Positions 24,245-36,600 of a DNA stretch of 64,000 nucleotides are shown here, in pieces. Numbering within the stretch: position 1 is the first letter of the stretch; each line of letters starts with the position of its first letter. The stretch is from Azolla caroliniana (lineage: Eukaryota; Plantae; Polypodiophyta): contig JBHGNT010000009.1 in the NCBI GenBank assembly GCA_043228905.1, positions 5,580,001 to 5,644,000 of the forward strand, in the 5' to 3' direction. A program made the position numbers and the translations under genes. The notes under the pieces are model-generated. The model was given only the letters and a program-made list of their open reading frames with translations, made no database searches and was not told where the DNA came from.

Positions 24245-24480
24245 CATCCTTCGACGAAAGATCAAATTTCGACGAACCCACATCCTTCGACGAAAGATCA
24301 AAGTTCGACGAACCCACATCCTTCGATGAATGATCAAAGTTCGACGAACCCACATCCTTCGACAAAAGGTCAAAGTTCGATGAACCCATCCTTCGACGAA
24401 AGATCAAAGTTCGACGAACCCATCCTTCGACGAAAGATAAAAGTTCGACTAACCCATCCTTCGACGAAAGATAAAAGTTT
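24245..24480. repeat. ~34-36-bp tandem repeat in the 5' UTR of the Athila-like element
   Basis: About 6.5 copies of CATCCTTCGACGAAAGATCAAAGTTCGACGAACC(CA). Confidence 0.9.
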
Positions 24481-24545
24481 TCCAAACCGACAAAGTTCAA
24501 GGAAGGATTATCTTTCAAAGAACCCGCAAAGCTTGACAAGAGAAC

Positions 24546-27445
24546 ATGGCCAGATCCTCATGGACAGAGATGTTCAAAACCCGACCCACACGCTAGGAAG
24601 AGTCCACCCAAACCAACCAAACGCATGGTGCTGACACATCTAACCCGACTCGATACCACAGAGCGTGGTTAACTCCAGGGACGCTACCAAACATGAACCT
24701 CCCATTGAGCTCGGCAACTAAAGCACCACTCACCACGCCCCCACTACAGGAGAGCCCACTGGCAGTCCCACTCAGCGTAGAGTGACACATACGGGAAGTG
24801 GCACAGGAGTTACGAGTGATAGAACAAGAAATCAATATATGGGCGGTACAAATCGCGAAAGGAGGACAACCGAAAAGCATAACCCGAGATATTGAAGCCG
24901 CTTTGGCAGAAAGGAAAGACAGATTCGTGCGAGTGCAACAAAAACTTCACCTCCTAGAAGCGTCATCGTATACGCACTGTTAAGGTTGTGTGCGCAACCC
25001 CGTACCGCATTCGAGCACAACGGGTGATAGTACAAACGAAGCCCACACGCAACGACACCCGACACCACCACGTATGGACACGACCCCTACACCTGACCAA
25101 ACCGCCCCGACATCCCCAAACGCTGAACTTGCACTAGTGTTACAATCCATCCAAAGCCTCGTGGCATTGATGGGAAAAGAGTGAGCACCCACGGACCATT
25201 CGAGAAACCCTACAAACGACAACGGGAAGAGTGCTTCCATTTCTAAACTAGTACCCCGTTTTCTCAGTTTCGGTGATGCCTATGATCACGTCAAGAGGTT
25301 CAAACAGATTTGCCGCACTTATGAACCCCTCACAGAGACCACCAAAGTAGCCGCATTTGGGCTTACACTCGATGACCAAGCCAGAATTTGGTTTAGAACC
25401 TTGAATGAGGACATCGTCGCAGACTTCAAGTACGTCATCGAAGATTTCTTGATAAACTTTGCTCGTCGAGGGAATAAATGGAACCCGATCGACCAACTTT
25501 TTGCCCTCAAGCAAGAAGCGAACGAGACGGTCAAGGACTCTACATATGCCATGCGAAAAGCTTGCACCATCCCATCGTTGTAACCTGAGTGACAAGATGT
25601 AGGATGACAAATTGATGAGCCGTTTCATCAATGGGTTGTTCGACCTGACACTCCAAAATTTCCTAATTGCCAGGATGTGTCGGTCGCTCGCTAAAGCTTG
25701 CATAGTAGTGATGACCTTCGAAGATTCAATGAGCGGGTTACGGATACCCACTCAAGTGCCTACAAACAACCATGAGAAATCGTTGGACCCCACTCTACCC
25801 ACGCCACCAAGACCACCCCGTATAGAAAGACCCCAAGCATACACCCAAAGAGAAAATGTAAGGTGCACAGTATGCCATGGCCATCACATGGGGCACGAGT
25901 GCCCCCTCCTCCACCAACGACGACCGCAATACTGTAAGTGGTGCAAAGCTTTCGTGATGCATTCGCAAGAAAATTGTTGGCAAGCCATAAACGGAAGGTA
26001 TGGCCAAGCACCAATGGTGGAGCACCCACGCTCACCTCCACCACTCAGTCGCCACAACTACCAGGGATACTTCCCCAACAACCCCCACTACTGCGTATCG
26101 GCACTCGCCTTGCCGAACTAGAATATACCATTGATAACCAAACCCAAGTCAGGGCGAGTGCTCTCGAATATGGCGACTCGTACCGAGAGTATGGTGTTGA
26201 AGAAGAGTTGTTGTCCCACTTTGTGGACTTCGAAGGCGACCAAATACCAGTGTACGTCTTGAAAGGAGAACAACGGGGGCCATCGATCGGATATCGCAAT
26301 AATAATGGTCTAAGGAGGTCAGAATTGAAATGTTTCAACTACCAAGACCCACATATGCTTAGCGAGTGCCCAACCAAACATGAATACCACAACCGGATGG
26401 CACGACGACCATGACACCCCTCACTCAAAACACCCCCACAACCACCGACGCAAAGTCTCACCCAACAGTCACAAGACCTTATCGAGTGGTTCCAAAGAGA
26501 CACATCATGCTCAAGGTGTGGTAAGGAGCACTTAGTACCTGATTGCCCAGAAAAGAAGAAAAGGATTGACGCAAATTTGTTATCTATTGTACCATCAACG
26601 GTTGTGCCAACGTCATCACATGAGCTCAACGAGTAGCTTATAACTTAAAATACCAAGACCAAAGTCTCCGCACGGCTATGCGTAAGAGACACAAATCCAG
26701 AAAAAATGCATCCACACAGGCCTCAAAACAAGATCAAGAACCGGAGGGAGACGTAGAAACAATACCCGTCAACCCTAACCAAGAGCTATCGGCACACCTA
26801 GTAGCATACCCAAACCCAATGGCTGAAAAACAAAAGGTTGAAGAGTACATTAAACTCATACGCCACGAATAGTTCGAAAAATCGCTTAGTCTCCCAAGCT
26901 TAAACTTTGACCAACTCCAAGAATGGGTAAATCCCCCACCCCACACAGATACACCTCCCCTCGTCGCCACATCAACCGACACCCCCACCTGCATTCCTAA
27001 CCCGATCAAAGAGGTCAACATAGCCCTGCTCCAACAAATATTAAATTTAAGATTACGACTCACATTACGCAAAGTACAAAGTACAACATAGCCCTGCACC
27101 TTCGTGGCCGACAACCCCCAACTACGACCTCTACTCGCCAAGGAAATAGAGTTCACGCTTGAAGAGCTACTCAAACTCAACATCCAACCATGGCACGACG
27201 TCCTTCACCGCCTCAATGGTAGCCTATCAGTAGGTTATGGCGAAAAGATACACACCCACATTCCTCATACGTCCACAATCCTCAAGCAACCCGAAGGACC
27301 ACCAGTCGATATACGCGAAGCTCACTTCGAGAGCGACAATACTAGTTTCACTCTAGCCGTCTACATCAACGGTACGACGTGTGATGCAATCATTGACACC
27401 GGCGTAGGGGTAAGTATTGTCAGCTACGAATGTTGGTCCATCCAA
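24546..27445 (+). pseudogene. gag: Degenerate gag-protease of the Athila-like element
   Basis: Capsid-like ARIWF..L segment; CCHC knuckles CTVCHGHHMGHEC, CKWCKAFVMHSQENC, CFNYQDPHMLSEC, CSRCGKEHLVPDC; aspartic protease AIIDTGVGVSIVS. Confidence 0.75.
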
Positions 27446-28362
27446 CGGCCAGAAGGGAAGCTTCATGTGAACCTTTTTTGAGGGTATAAAGCTTGTTGAG
27501 AGTTGTACATCGCCGGTCTGTCTCTCCAAATGTGGCCTCTAACTTGGCAAGGAAGGTGGGAAAGTCCTCCAATAGAGGTGAAGAAGTTTCTACTAATGGT
27601 GCAAACCAAGCTTGGGCTGGACCGGAGAAGAGGGTGCCCACAAGGCCAACTTGTCGAAGATCATCTGCATACCGTTGGGTTGTAGTCGAATGATAAGATG
27701 AATCTGGTTGATGAACCCCCAAGAATGTGACCTTGTTCCATCAAATTTTTCTGAGGCTAACCTTAGGCTCAAGAAAATTAGAAGAATCTAGGCTAGATGT
27801 TGGTGGAAGGTTGGGCTCCGGGCTAGGTTGTAGTGGGAGACTAGGCCCCACGGGCTGTGAGTATAGGGAGGCACCTACTTGAAGTTCTCGTAAAGAATCC
27901 TGAAGAGCTACATTTTCAAGCTAGAGTTGTTGTAAGGCTGTCATTATTTGGTTTAAGTCAAATTATGGTTGGGTCAAACATAGCTACGGTTAATGAGAGG
28001 GAGAGCGACAAGGATGGAAGGTGAACAAACTGTCACAAATAGATCATAAGCTCAAGAGACTAGAAAGAAGATAACCAAAAGGTTGAGTGATATTAATTGA
28101 AAGACTTCATAACTGGTGTTGTTCACCTTGAATTCCTTCAAGGTGAACTCAACTATTTATACTACGTGGCATGCATACGTGTTGCATGCATGTGAATCTA
28201 CAATAGAGCATGTAGGTACGCATGCATGTGCCAACTATAAATAATACAAGGGAGCAACTATGAACGTGATGCTAACTAAACACATGATTTTATACTAGAT
28301 ATGTTGGTTAACCTATAACACTTGATTATAACATGGTCATGTCAAGAGTTCGAATCTTGATA
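27446..28362 (-). mobile_element. Chromovirus (Tcn1/Tf1-like) Gypsy fragment: 5' LTR (28031-28362) and gag
   Basis: Minus-strand retrotransposon Gag LFSGPAQAWFAPLVETSSPLLEDFPTFLAKLEATFGETD. LTR with TATA at 28154-28161; no tRNA PBS but an 11-nt self-complementary PBS. Confidence 0.75.
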
Positions 28363-31281
28363 GTGATGATCAGTTTGTGTAATCATCTTCTTCAGTTTCT
28401 TCGTGCTCAAAGGCACTATTTTTCATAAGATTCGAACACCAACGTGAGTTGTATTTGATGTTCATCGTTTTCCTCAAGCAATCGGTCGGGTTATTTCGGA
28501 TGTTGGGTTGTCAGTGTGTAAAAATCATTTGACAGTTCGTCTCTGACAACTTTCATACTAGTCTCATCTAGCTTGCAGAAACCTTGGCCTTCCTTTGTCT
28601 GATTCTCTTGGTTTGTGTGCAATAATTGTAACTCAGCTGCTTCAACCGACCAAGTCTTCCTGCCCTTTTTGAGAGCCTTAGTGATGTTCTCGTACAATCA
28701 TTTCGGATATATGTTGGGTTGTCAGTGTGTAAAAATCATTTGACAGTTCGTCTCTGACAACTTTCATACTAGTCTCATCTAGCTTGTAGAAACCTTGGCC
28801 TTCCTTTGTCCGATTCTCTTGGTTTGTGTGCAATAATTGTAACTCAGCTGCTTCAACCGACCAAGTCTTCCTGCCCTTTCTGAGAGCCTTAGTGATGTTC
28901 TCGTACAATCATTTCTTGTGCCTGGTCAAAATTTCTTGCACCTTCTGTTCGCCCATGCCGAGTTGATATTCGAGGGCCTAGATTTGCTTCTGTAGCTCCT
29001 CTTCTCGGGAAACTGTTGAGTTTTGAGCCATTTGTAATTTAGCTTCTACGACCAAGAGTGATGTGTGGGCTTGTTCATACTTTTTTGTGAGCTTCGTGAG
29101 TTGTTGAGTTGTTCGGTCGTGGTCATCTTAGAATTCTTGTCACATCTTCTCTTCTCCGCCTTGAATTTCACTTTTGTCTTTGACAACGTTCTTCTTGGAT
29201 TGCAACATGTTTGTTAAGATCGGCTATTATTTGTTGCTTCCAATCAAAATGAATCTTCAAGTGCCGGTGTTCGTCTTGGAGTTTGTCATCTTCTTGTGGT
29301 TGTGCATCTACAACTTGTATGAAGCCTCCCAATCCATTTATCTATAGCTAGGACCTTAGGTGCTTAGAAACCTTGATCGACATTTCTACTCTGTCTTCTG
29401 ATGTGAGGGTGCTAGTGTCTATGTGAGAGTTGGAAAACTTGAGTGCTATGTGGGCTCTATGTGCTATTGTGTGTGTTTCTTTTCTCTTTTGTATGTCAGG
29501 AAAAAGAGAAGAAGAAAGTTTTGTATAATTGAAGAAATGACTCATATTTCGAGAAAATAACAGCGTCAATAATAGAATCTTTTAGTTAATGTTGCCTTAA
29601 AGAGCCACTTGCTTCTTGCTAGAGTGTTTTTTTTTAATGATGGTGTGGGTTCTATAGATATGTGGAAAAGTAATAGTGCCAAGAAATATTTAGGCCAAGA
29701 TTTTTTTTTTCTGTTTTTGTTTTTGCATGATTGAAAATACTAGTTAATAGTATAGGGTATTTACAATATTAACCCCTTAAATTTCCTAATTATGGTCGTT
29801 TGACCAAAATTGGGTTGGTTGGTCTACTACCCACTAAAGTTTGTAAGGGTCGGCCAAACTGGTCTTTTGAAGGAAAGAATGGATTGGTCGGGGTCAGCCC
29901 TTGGTAAGGGTTTAGTCAGAATCCATTCCCCCATTTCGGGAATAATTCTCCTGCTAATGTATCGTGTTGGTATGTACCATTGTTGTTGTCGACTATCCAA
30001 TAGGGCCTTGTCCATTTGAATCGTAATTTCCCTGGCATGGAACCCATTTTGGTTTCGAAAACTGATACTAGTTTGCCGCTTTCGAACACTTTTTCCTTCC
30101 CTAGTTGATGTCGATTGACAAATGCATTTGTCTTCCTTTATTTCTGTTCCAAATGACACATCGACTGTAGTCGACTTTCCTCCAATGTAAGAAGCTCCTC
30201 TTTCCGAATTCTTTCCGATTGTTGCACCTGCACTCGTAGGCTCGGAATTTGAAATTTGATGGGCATTACTACTTCGAGCCCAAAAGCTAGTCGAAATGGT
30301 GTGGATCAAATCATGGTCTTGTATGTCTCTTATACGCCCATCGTGCACTATGTAACTTTTGATCCTAGTCGGTCTGATTCTCATTGACTATCTTCTTAAG
30401 GATCATTTGCAACGTCTTATTTGTCGATTCTGCTAATTGATTCACTTGTGGATAATAAGGTGTACTCTTTTTGTGCACTACTGCATAATAAATCATTAAT
30501 TTGTAAATTACCTTATTGATAAAATGAGTACCTTGATCACTTATGAACTCAATTGGATAGTCGAATCTTCACCAAATATATTCATACAAGAATGTGGCTG
30601 TCAAGGCTGCTGTATTATCTTGAAGAGCTTTCACTTTGACCCACTTCATATAATAATCCATCGCGACAATCACATATAGATTTCTTGTTTGTGCTATTGT
30701 AGGTTTGAATGGGCCGACAAAGTCGATTCCCCATTTTTTAATGTGGCATTCGATCCTTTTCATTAGGTTGTCCGATTCGTTGACATAAATCACATTGCCG
30801 ACAGTAGTTGTTTGCATCTTTCAGCATTCTCGGCCACCATAACCCACTATTCCATATTTTGCGAGCAATCGTGTCTCCTGCATAATGCCATCCAACAACT
30901 ACACAATGGGCGTCACGTAGTACTACCTCCTTCTCAAAGAAACAGACACATCTGCGCCAAATTTCTTCTGCCGCTTTATGATAGAGTGCTTCCTCCACTA
31001 GACAGAAATTCTGACTCTGGACAACCTATCTTTTTCTTTTGTCCGACGACATTCCTTCTGGAGGTAATCCAGTGGTGAGGAAAAAAACCATGTCTGTGAT
31101 CCATCAATTCCTCACCCAATTCGGCCGACTAGATAGGTTTGACTCTAAAAAGCTGAGCATCTGGAAAATCATCTCGCATTCCACCACTTGGTTCTCCTGA
31201 CTCAAGTCGACTTAAATAGTCACCCACTACATGTTGTACCCCAGGTCAATGAATTATGTCGAATTCAATTTCTTGCAATAG
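28363..31281 (-). mobile_element. Gypsy (Athila/Tat-like) 3' fragment: RNase H end, integrase and a downstream extra-ORF remnant
   Basis: Minus strand: HVVGDYLSRL, HYAG..ARKIWNSGLWWP..CRQCDLCQR, KWGIDFVGP, SDQGTHF, TPYYPQ.N..AESTNK. A coiled-coil-like ORF remnant follows at ~28400-29350. Confidence 0.8.
28494..28912. repeat. ~210-bp tandem duplication
   Basis: ORFs 28491-28697 and 28678-28908 are near-identical translations of two adjacent copies. Confidence 0.9.
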
Positions 31282-33591
31282 TGTTACACTTATGTGTTCC
31301 TCAAGTAGCTTTGATGTGAACCATGTTTTTCTATACATGGGCACTTTTTACTCTAGTGCTGGCTAGAGGTTTTTTCCCCATGTTACCACATACATGAGTC
31401 ACTCATATGTGGTGGTACTTAGTACTTAGGGATATATATTTCAGCTCCTATTAGTTTTTGTATCATTCATCAATAGAGAGAGCTATTCCAGCCATTGTCT
31501 TCCTTGTGTAAGTGCTTCTTTGTTTTGAGCTTCTTGTGTGAGCCTCTTGTGTGTTTCTCACTCTTCCTCACATACCCAATAAAAATCGCCTTCTGAATGA
31601 TAACTTGTGAGTTGAAAATTTCAGCACTCCTTTCAGATTTCGTTGAGGTAAGATTTTTCCCCTTTCTTGCTCTTTGGTGAAATGGCAAACAACAGTGACT
31701 TGTTTGGCATGGTTCAAGTTGAAGATAAGCTTGATGGGACTAACTATCTGATATGGTCCTACATGATGAAACACATTCTTGTTGCGGAACAACTATGGAA
31801 CATAGTGGAAGATGTAGATCGGTGTCCCGCAGGTCCTACTTGACAGTCTACTGTCATAGATACAGGTTCTTCTTCAAGAACATTAGCTTCACCTATTCCA
31901 TCTACATAGAAGAAACTTAGATGGGATGGAAAAGATGCTCAAGCTCATGCATTGATTTCACTTTCTGTGGAGTGTCCTATAGTTCCACATATTCGGTCAT
32001 GCTCTACATCAAAATAAGCATGGGAAGCTCTTGCTTCTTTGTATGGCGTGTGTAATGAAGCATGTGTTGCATATTTGAGAAAGAAACTTGAGGATGTATA
32101 TATGGCTGAAAATGCGTTAGTAAATGTGTATGTGACACGCATCAAAGATTTGAAAGAGCAATTGGCGAATATAGATGAGATCATTCCGAATACATCACTC
32201 ATCTCTACATTGTTGAAAGTATTACCGTAATCTTTTCAAAGCTTTGGTACTACAATCCGTTTGGTTGCAAAAGGGAATGTTGATATGCATGCATTTGATG
32301 AGGTTGTGTCTCTTCTTTTGCAAGAAGAACAATCTAGAGTGAATAGAAGTGGTTTGATAGAGGGAACACAAGCACTTGCTATCTCACAAAAGGGAAAAAG
32401 CAAGTATGGTTCAGTTTTGGGTTCATCAAAACCAAAGCCTCAACTTTCCTCTTCCACTTATTCCTCTAATGATGGTGATTCACGAAAGAAGAAGAGATGC
32501 AAATATTTCCGGAAGGTTGGTCATACTATTGATGAGTGTAGAAAGCTTGCTAATTGCAATGAGAAGAAGAAGGAATTCAGCATGACCACTGTTGAAAATT
32601 CTTCATGTGCAAAGAGTGATGAAGCGAACATGGTTCAAGATTTTTGGGCATGTGTTGTTACATATCATTATGATGCATCATTGCTCTCGAAGTGTATGGA
32701 TGTAAGTGAGGCTGATTCGGATTGGTTCTTTGATAGTGGTGCTTCAAAGCACATAACTTTGTGCAAAAGATTTTTTGCATCTTTGAAAGATACACCCAAA
32801 GGAGGACATGTGGTGTGTGCAAAGAATGCCTCTTATCCTATCATCGGTGTAGGAGAAATTGAGGTTACGGCAGCAAATGGAGGTGTTGTCATCTTGCAGA
32901 ATGTATTGTATGTGCTCGGTATCAACAATAACTTAATTTAAGTTCCTTTGATTGCCAAAGTTGGACTTCATGTACATTTTGTTGATGACTAGTGCATGGT
33001 TCATGATTTCAACAATGGAGATGTTATTGTGATGTCCGATACATTATGCAATGGCTTGTATTACTTGGATACATACAAGAGGGCAGCCCTAAATGCCTTG
33101 GCTATCCATACTTCTTCTATGGCTGAAATGGAGCTTTGGCATGCTCGTTTTGGTCACTTGAACTTCAATAGTTTGCTCCACTTGAAAAAGAAGGATATGG
33201 TTATTGGGTTGCCTACACTTGAGTCCATTGAAAAGCATGCATGTGAAGGTTGCATTCTTGGAAAAATGCGTCGTGCTTCTTTTCCAAAAGATAGTCATAC
33301 ACATACTACAAGAAAAATACAACTTGTTCATAATGATGTGTGTGGTTCCGTAAAGACTCCCACATTTGGAAATCATGTATATTTTGTTATGTTCATTGAT
33401 GATGCTACTCCCCATACATGGGTGTATCCTATGAAAGTAAAGAATGTTCCATATTTTCTTGCTTCAAATAATTTTTAGCTATGGCTGAAAATGTTTCTGG
33501 AAATAAGCCCTTGACTCTACACACGGATCATGGCGGCGAATACATATCACATGATTTTAATGATTTTCATTGTGAAAGAGGTATTTGACAT
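31282..33591 (+). mobile_element. Ty1/Copia 5' fragment (LTR from 31282; gag-PR-IN 31682-33591), truncated in integrase
   Basis: TGTTAC start interrupts the upstream Gypsy RH. KLDGTNY..WSY.MKH gag start, DWFFDSGASKHIT, LWHARFGH, LVHNDVCG, TDHGGEY. LTR 3' end not precisely resolved. Confidence 0.85.
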
Positions 33592-33680
33592 TGTTACCGG
33601 TTAGCATTACACGGTGCCTAACCCTCAATCCTTTGGGGTTCGGCTCAAGGTGACTATGGTTCAGGGAAAAACACATACGT
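33592..33680. repeat. Short LTR-end fragment that is the target of Gypsy copy B
   Basis: Starts TGTTACC exactly where Copia coding stops and ends ...AAAAACACATACGT at the copy B LTR. Confidence 0.5.
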
Positions 33681-36600
33681 TGTCGTAGTGTAATTCATAC
33701 ACTACGTGAAATATGTAAGAAATATTTGATTAAGTATGCATAAAGAAATAAAAGAAAATATTAAAATGTATGTTTCATGCATAGGGCAAGATTCAAACCT
33801 CCAAGTAAACAAACCCCAAACCTTACCATTATACTAACATATCATAAGTGATCTAAATATAGATTTAATAGGTATAAGAGTTATATTTACGCCTATTTTT
33901 ATAAAATGCAACCCATGCACATTTAGAGTGCGTAAAAACTTTATTTAGAAGAAAAATTCAAACAAAGAAAAAGTTACTCATGCACGTCTAGAGTGCATGA
34001 GCACTATATTTCGAAAATAAAAGCATGGTAGGAAATCCTATTTAGGGACATCTAGTGTGCATGAACACTTTAGAAAAGCATTATGCTATGTTTAACCTCT
34101 TCCATCACTATATAAGGAAGAGAGAAAGATGTATATGGTTGTTGATTTTTTATAAGGGTTGATTAATATATTATATTCGTGGGATTCACGAATTTGCCAT
34201 CTATTTCTCTCTTGCAATCTAAATTCATATTCTTTCCTAAACATTAATTAATACACTATACTCGTGGGATTCACGAGTTTCATATCTTTCTTTCTTATAA
34301 TCTATTCATATTCATAACTAAACTCGTCTCAAATTCTTCCTCCTCCTAGTCCAAAACCCCAACGATTCCCACTCGACTCACGCAACGATCCGGCACCGAA
34401 AGGCACGACACAGTTGGTGAACCCGACGTGAACACGAGTGGCAAGGAGATAGAAAATCAACAATAGGCTAACAATATGATGACAATGTTCGAGCGGATGC
34501 TACAAGAACAACGCTCAATGTCGGAGATTGCGGCGATAGTAGAGCGACTCGTGCAATGGAAGGGCCAATTCAACGGGAAGGATGTGTCACGTTATTTGCG
34601 GGACTACAAGGTAGAGATGCTACAGTGCAGAATATTGGAAGGATTGCAAGTGACATCCTTCAATCGGGTGGCTACAGACGAGCTTCAAGGGAGTATCCAC
34701 GGGATATGACCACAAAATCCGACGTGGGAAGCATTTGACGAAGCGTTCAAGACAACGTTTGCTATCGAGGTCTCTTTCAAGGCAACGCCGAGGGGATTCG
34801 AAGATTGGGTGGAAACGCCGGACAACGGGCTGAAGGTCCTCAATGTGTTTTCGGCATTAGAAAGTAGATTCGGTTGTCCAGGAGAGATCAAGCTATCCTC
34901 GGACCGGACAAAGTGATCATGTTCTTACGAGCCGTGGACGTCTAGGACCGGAAATACCTTTGGGTGCTTCTAGAGGACACGACTACTGAGAGTGGCCTCA
35001 CCAATACATGGGAAAATGTGTAGGACATCGTCACGCGATACACAAAAAGCGGGCAATGGCTTGGTAATGAAGAAAAGAGGGTTTCAGAACCAATTCTTAA
35101 ACCAAGATCCGGATTGGAAGACCATCAACCATGGGCTCGGGAGACTATGACCGAGAAGGGAATCGATGCAACCACGATGGAGAAGTTGCTGAAGGAGATG
35201 GAGAATCTGAAAATCACAATGGTGAAGAAGTCGGAAGACCATCCCACAAGTTCCAATTATATGGATCGTCGGTGCATATGGTGCGATAGCACTAAACATG
35301 ATCGGAAGGATTGCGATAAGCACAAGGAGGTGCTACAACGGGATCTTATCTACTACGAGGGAAATCAGATTCATTTGATGGACTCTCGGAAGCCACTCCG
35401 GCCGAACTTCTGAAAGGCGGCATGAAGAAGGTCCTAGAGGAGGAGATAGCGGCAAAAAGCAATTATGCGACAACCGTGGGAATACGTGTGGGGGATTCAT
35501 CTAGAGCAAAGGCATCTTTTTGGCTAGAAGTGCTAGAAATCTCGGAGAAAGCCGACTTTAATGAAATCCGAAGCACTGTGGAAGGCATCGGGGAAGCAAA
35601 AGGATAGGAGTGCCCCGTAGATAAGAATAGCATACATGCATTATGTCAATTGCATGAGGTGTATGTAGATGAGAAACGACGACGCACGGATCATGCGGTC
35701 GGGCCATCAAAGACATCGGAGAGCTAGAACTCTGAAGGGAGGGGAAAGGAAAAATAATTTTGACATTCAAACTTGCTTTGGACATCGAACAACTGACGGA
35801 GCTAAAGAAGGTGTTCGAAGAGAGAATCCTTGATAGTCGGGTGGAATTTTCTCTTTAGGAATTACTCGGAATAGCGAAGAAGGAGTTCCACGATCTTCTT
35901 GTGGATCTCGTAAAAAGAAAGAGACAAAATACGGAGGAAAATGCTCCAAGGGTGAATGTGAATACCATTCTAATGAATGACACGGAAGTGGAGGATGAAA
36001 TTCCGAACTCCCACTACACAAGGACACACTGGGCACACGCAACTACGGAGACTCCGGTCCGAATCCGAAACATCAAAGAGCCTGTACTAACATTGATTGA
36101 TCACGGGTCAGAGATCAATTTGATGTCCAAGGATTTCTATCGGAAGTGGAAGAGGCCTATAAACACCATCCATGGATGGAAGATCAGGGCAGCCACAAAA
36201 GCCATGGAATATCTATTTGCAATTTGCCTGAATGTGACGATGAAGATCGGAGATGTGGAGATTGACCAAAATTTCTTGGTTCAAGATGTGGTCTCACATT
36301 CCGTGATCCTTGGGCAACCCTTTATCACGGCTTCACGGATGGAGACAAAGTTGCTCGATAGTGGACTGGCTTTTGCACGAATTCAAGGCCAAAGCGGAGG
36401 GAAAACCGTCGAATTCCTAACTATGCCATCAAATCATGAAAGGAACAAGAGAGAGGTCTTGTTGCAAACAAAAATGGATTTTTAAAGCGGATTGTTGCGG
36501 AGTGGGGAAGTGATAGTCTGAGAAGCCCTGATACCCCACACAGGAAGAAAACTCTCAGAGCAAAATAAGCACGAATCGGTCCGGATGGGGCATCTACATA

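Larger units (their letters stand above)
17778..27445 (+). mobile_element. Athila/Tat-like Gypsy element, 5' half (5' LTR 17778-17786 + 23515-23857, split by a nested insertion)
   Basis: LTR ends TGATGTG...CACATCT (inverted termini), PBS TGGCGCCGTTGCCGGGGA, degenerate gag with Zn knuckles and protease AIIDTG (~27386); truncated after PR. Confidence 0.75.

Noticed and set aside
24245-24480. 36-bp repeats resembling a CRISPR array
   Set aside because: Head-to-tail units with no unique spacers, no cas genes, and located in a retrotransposon 5' UTR.
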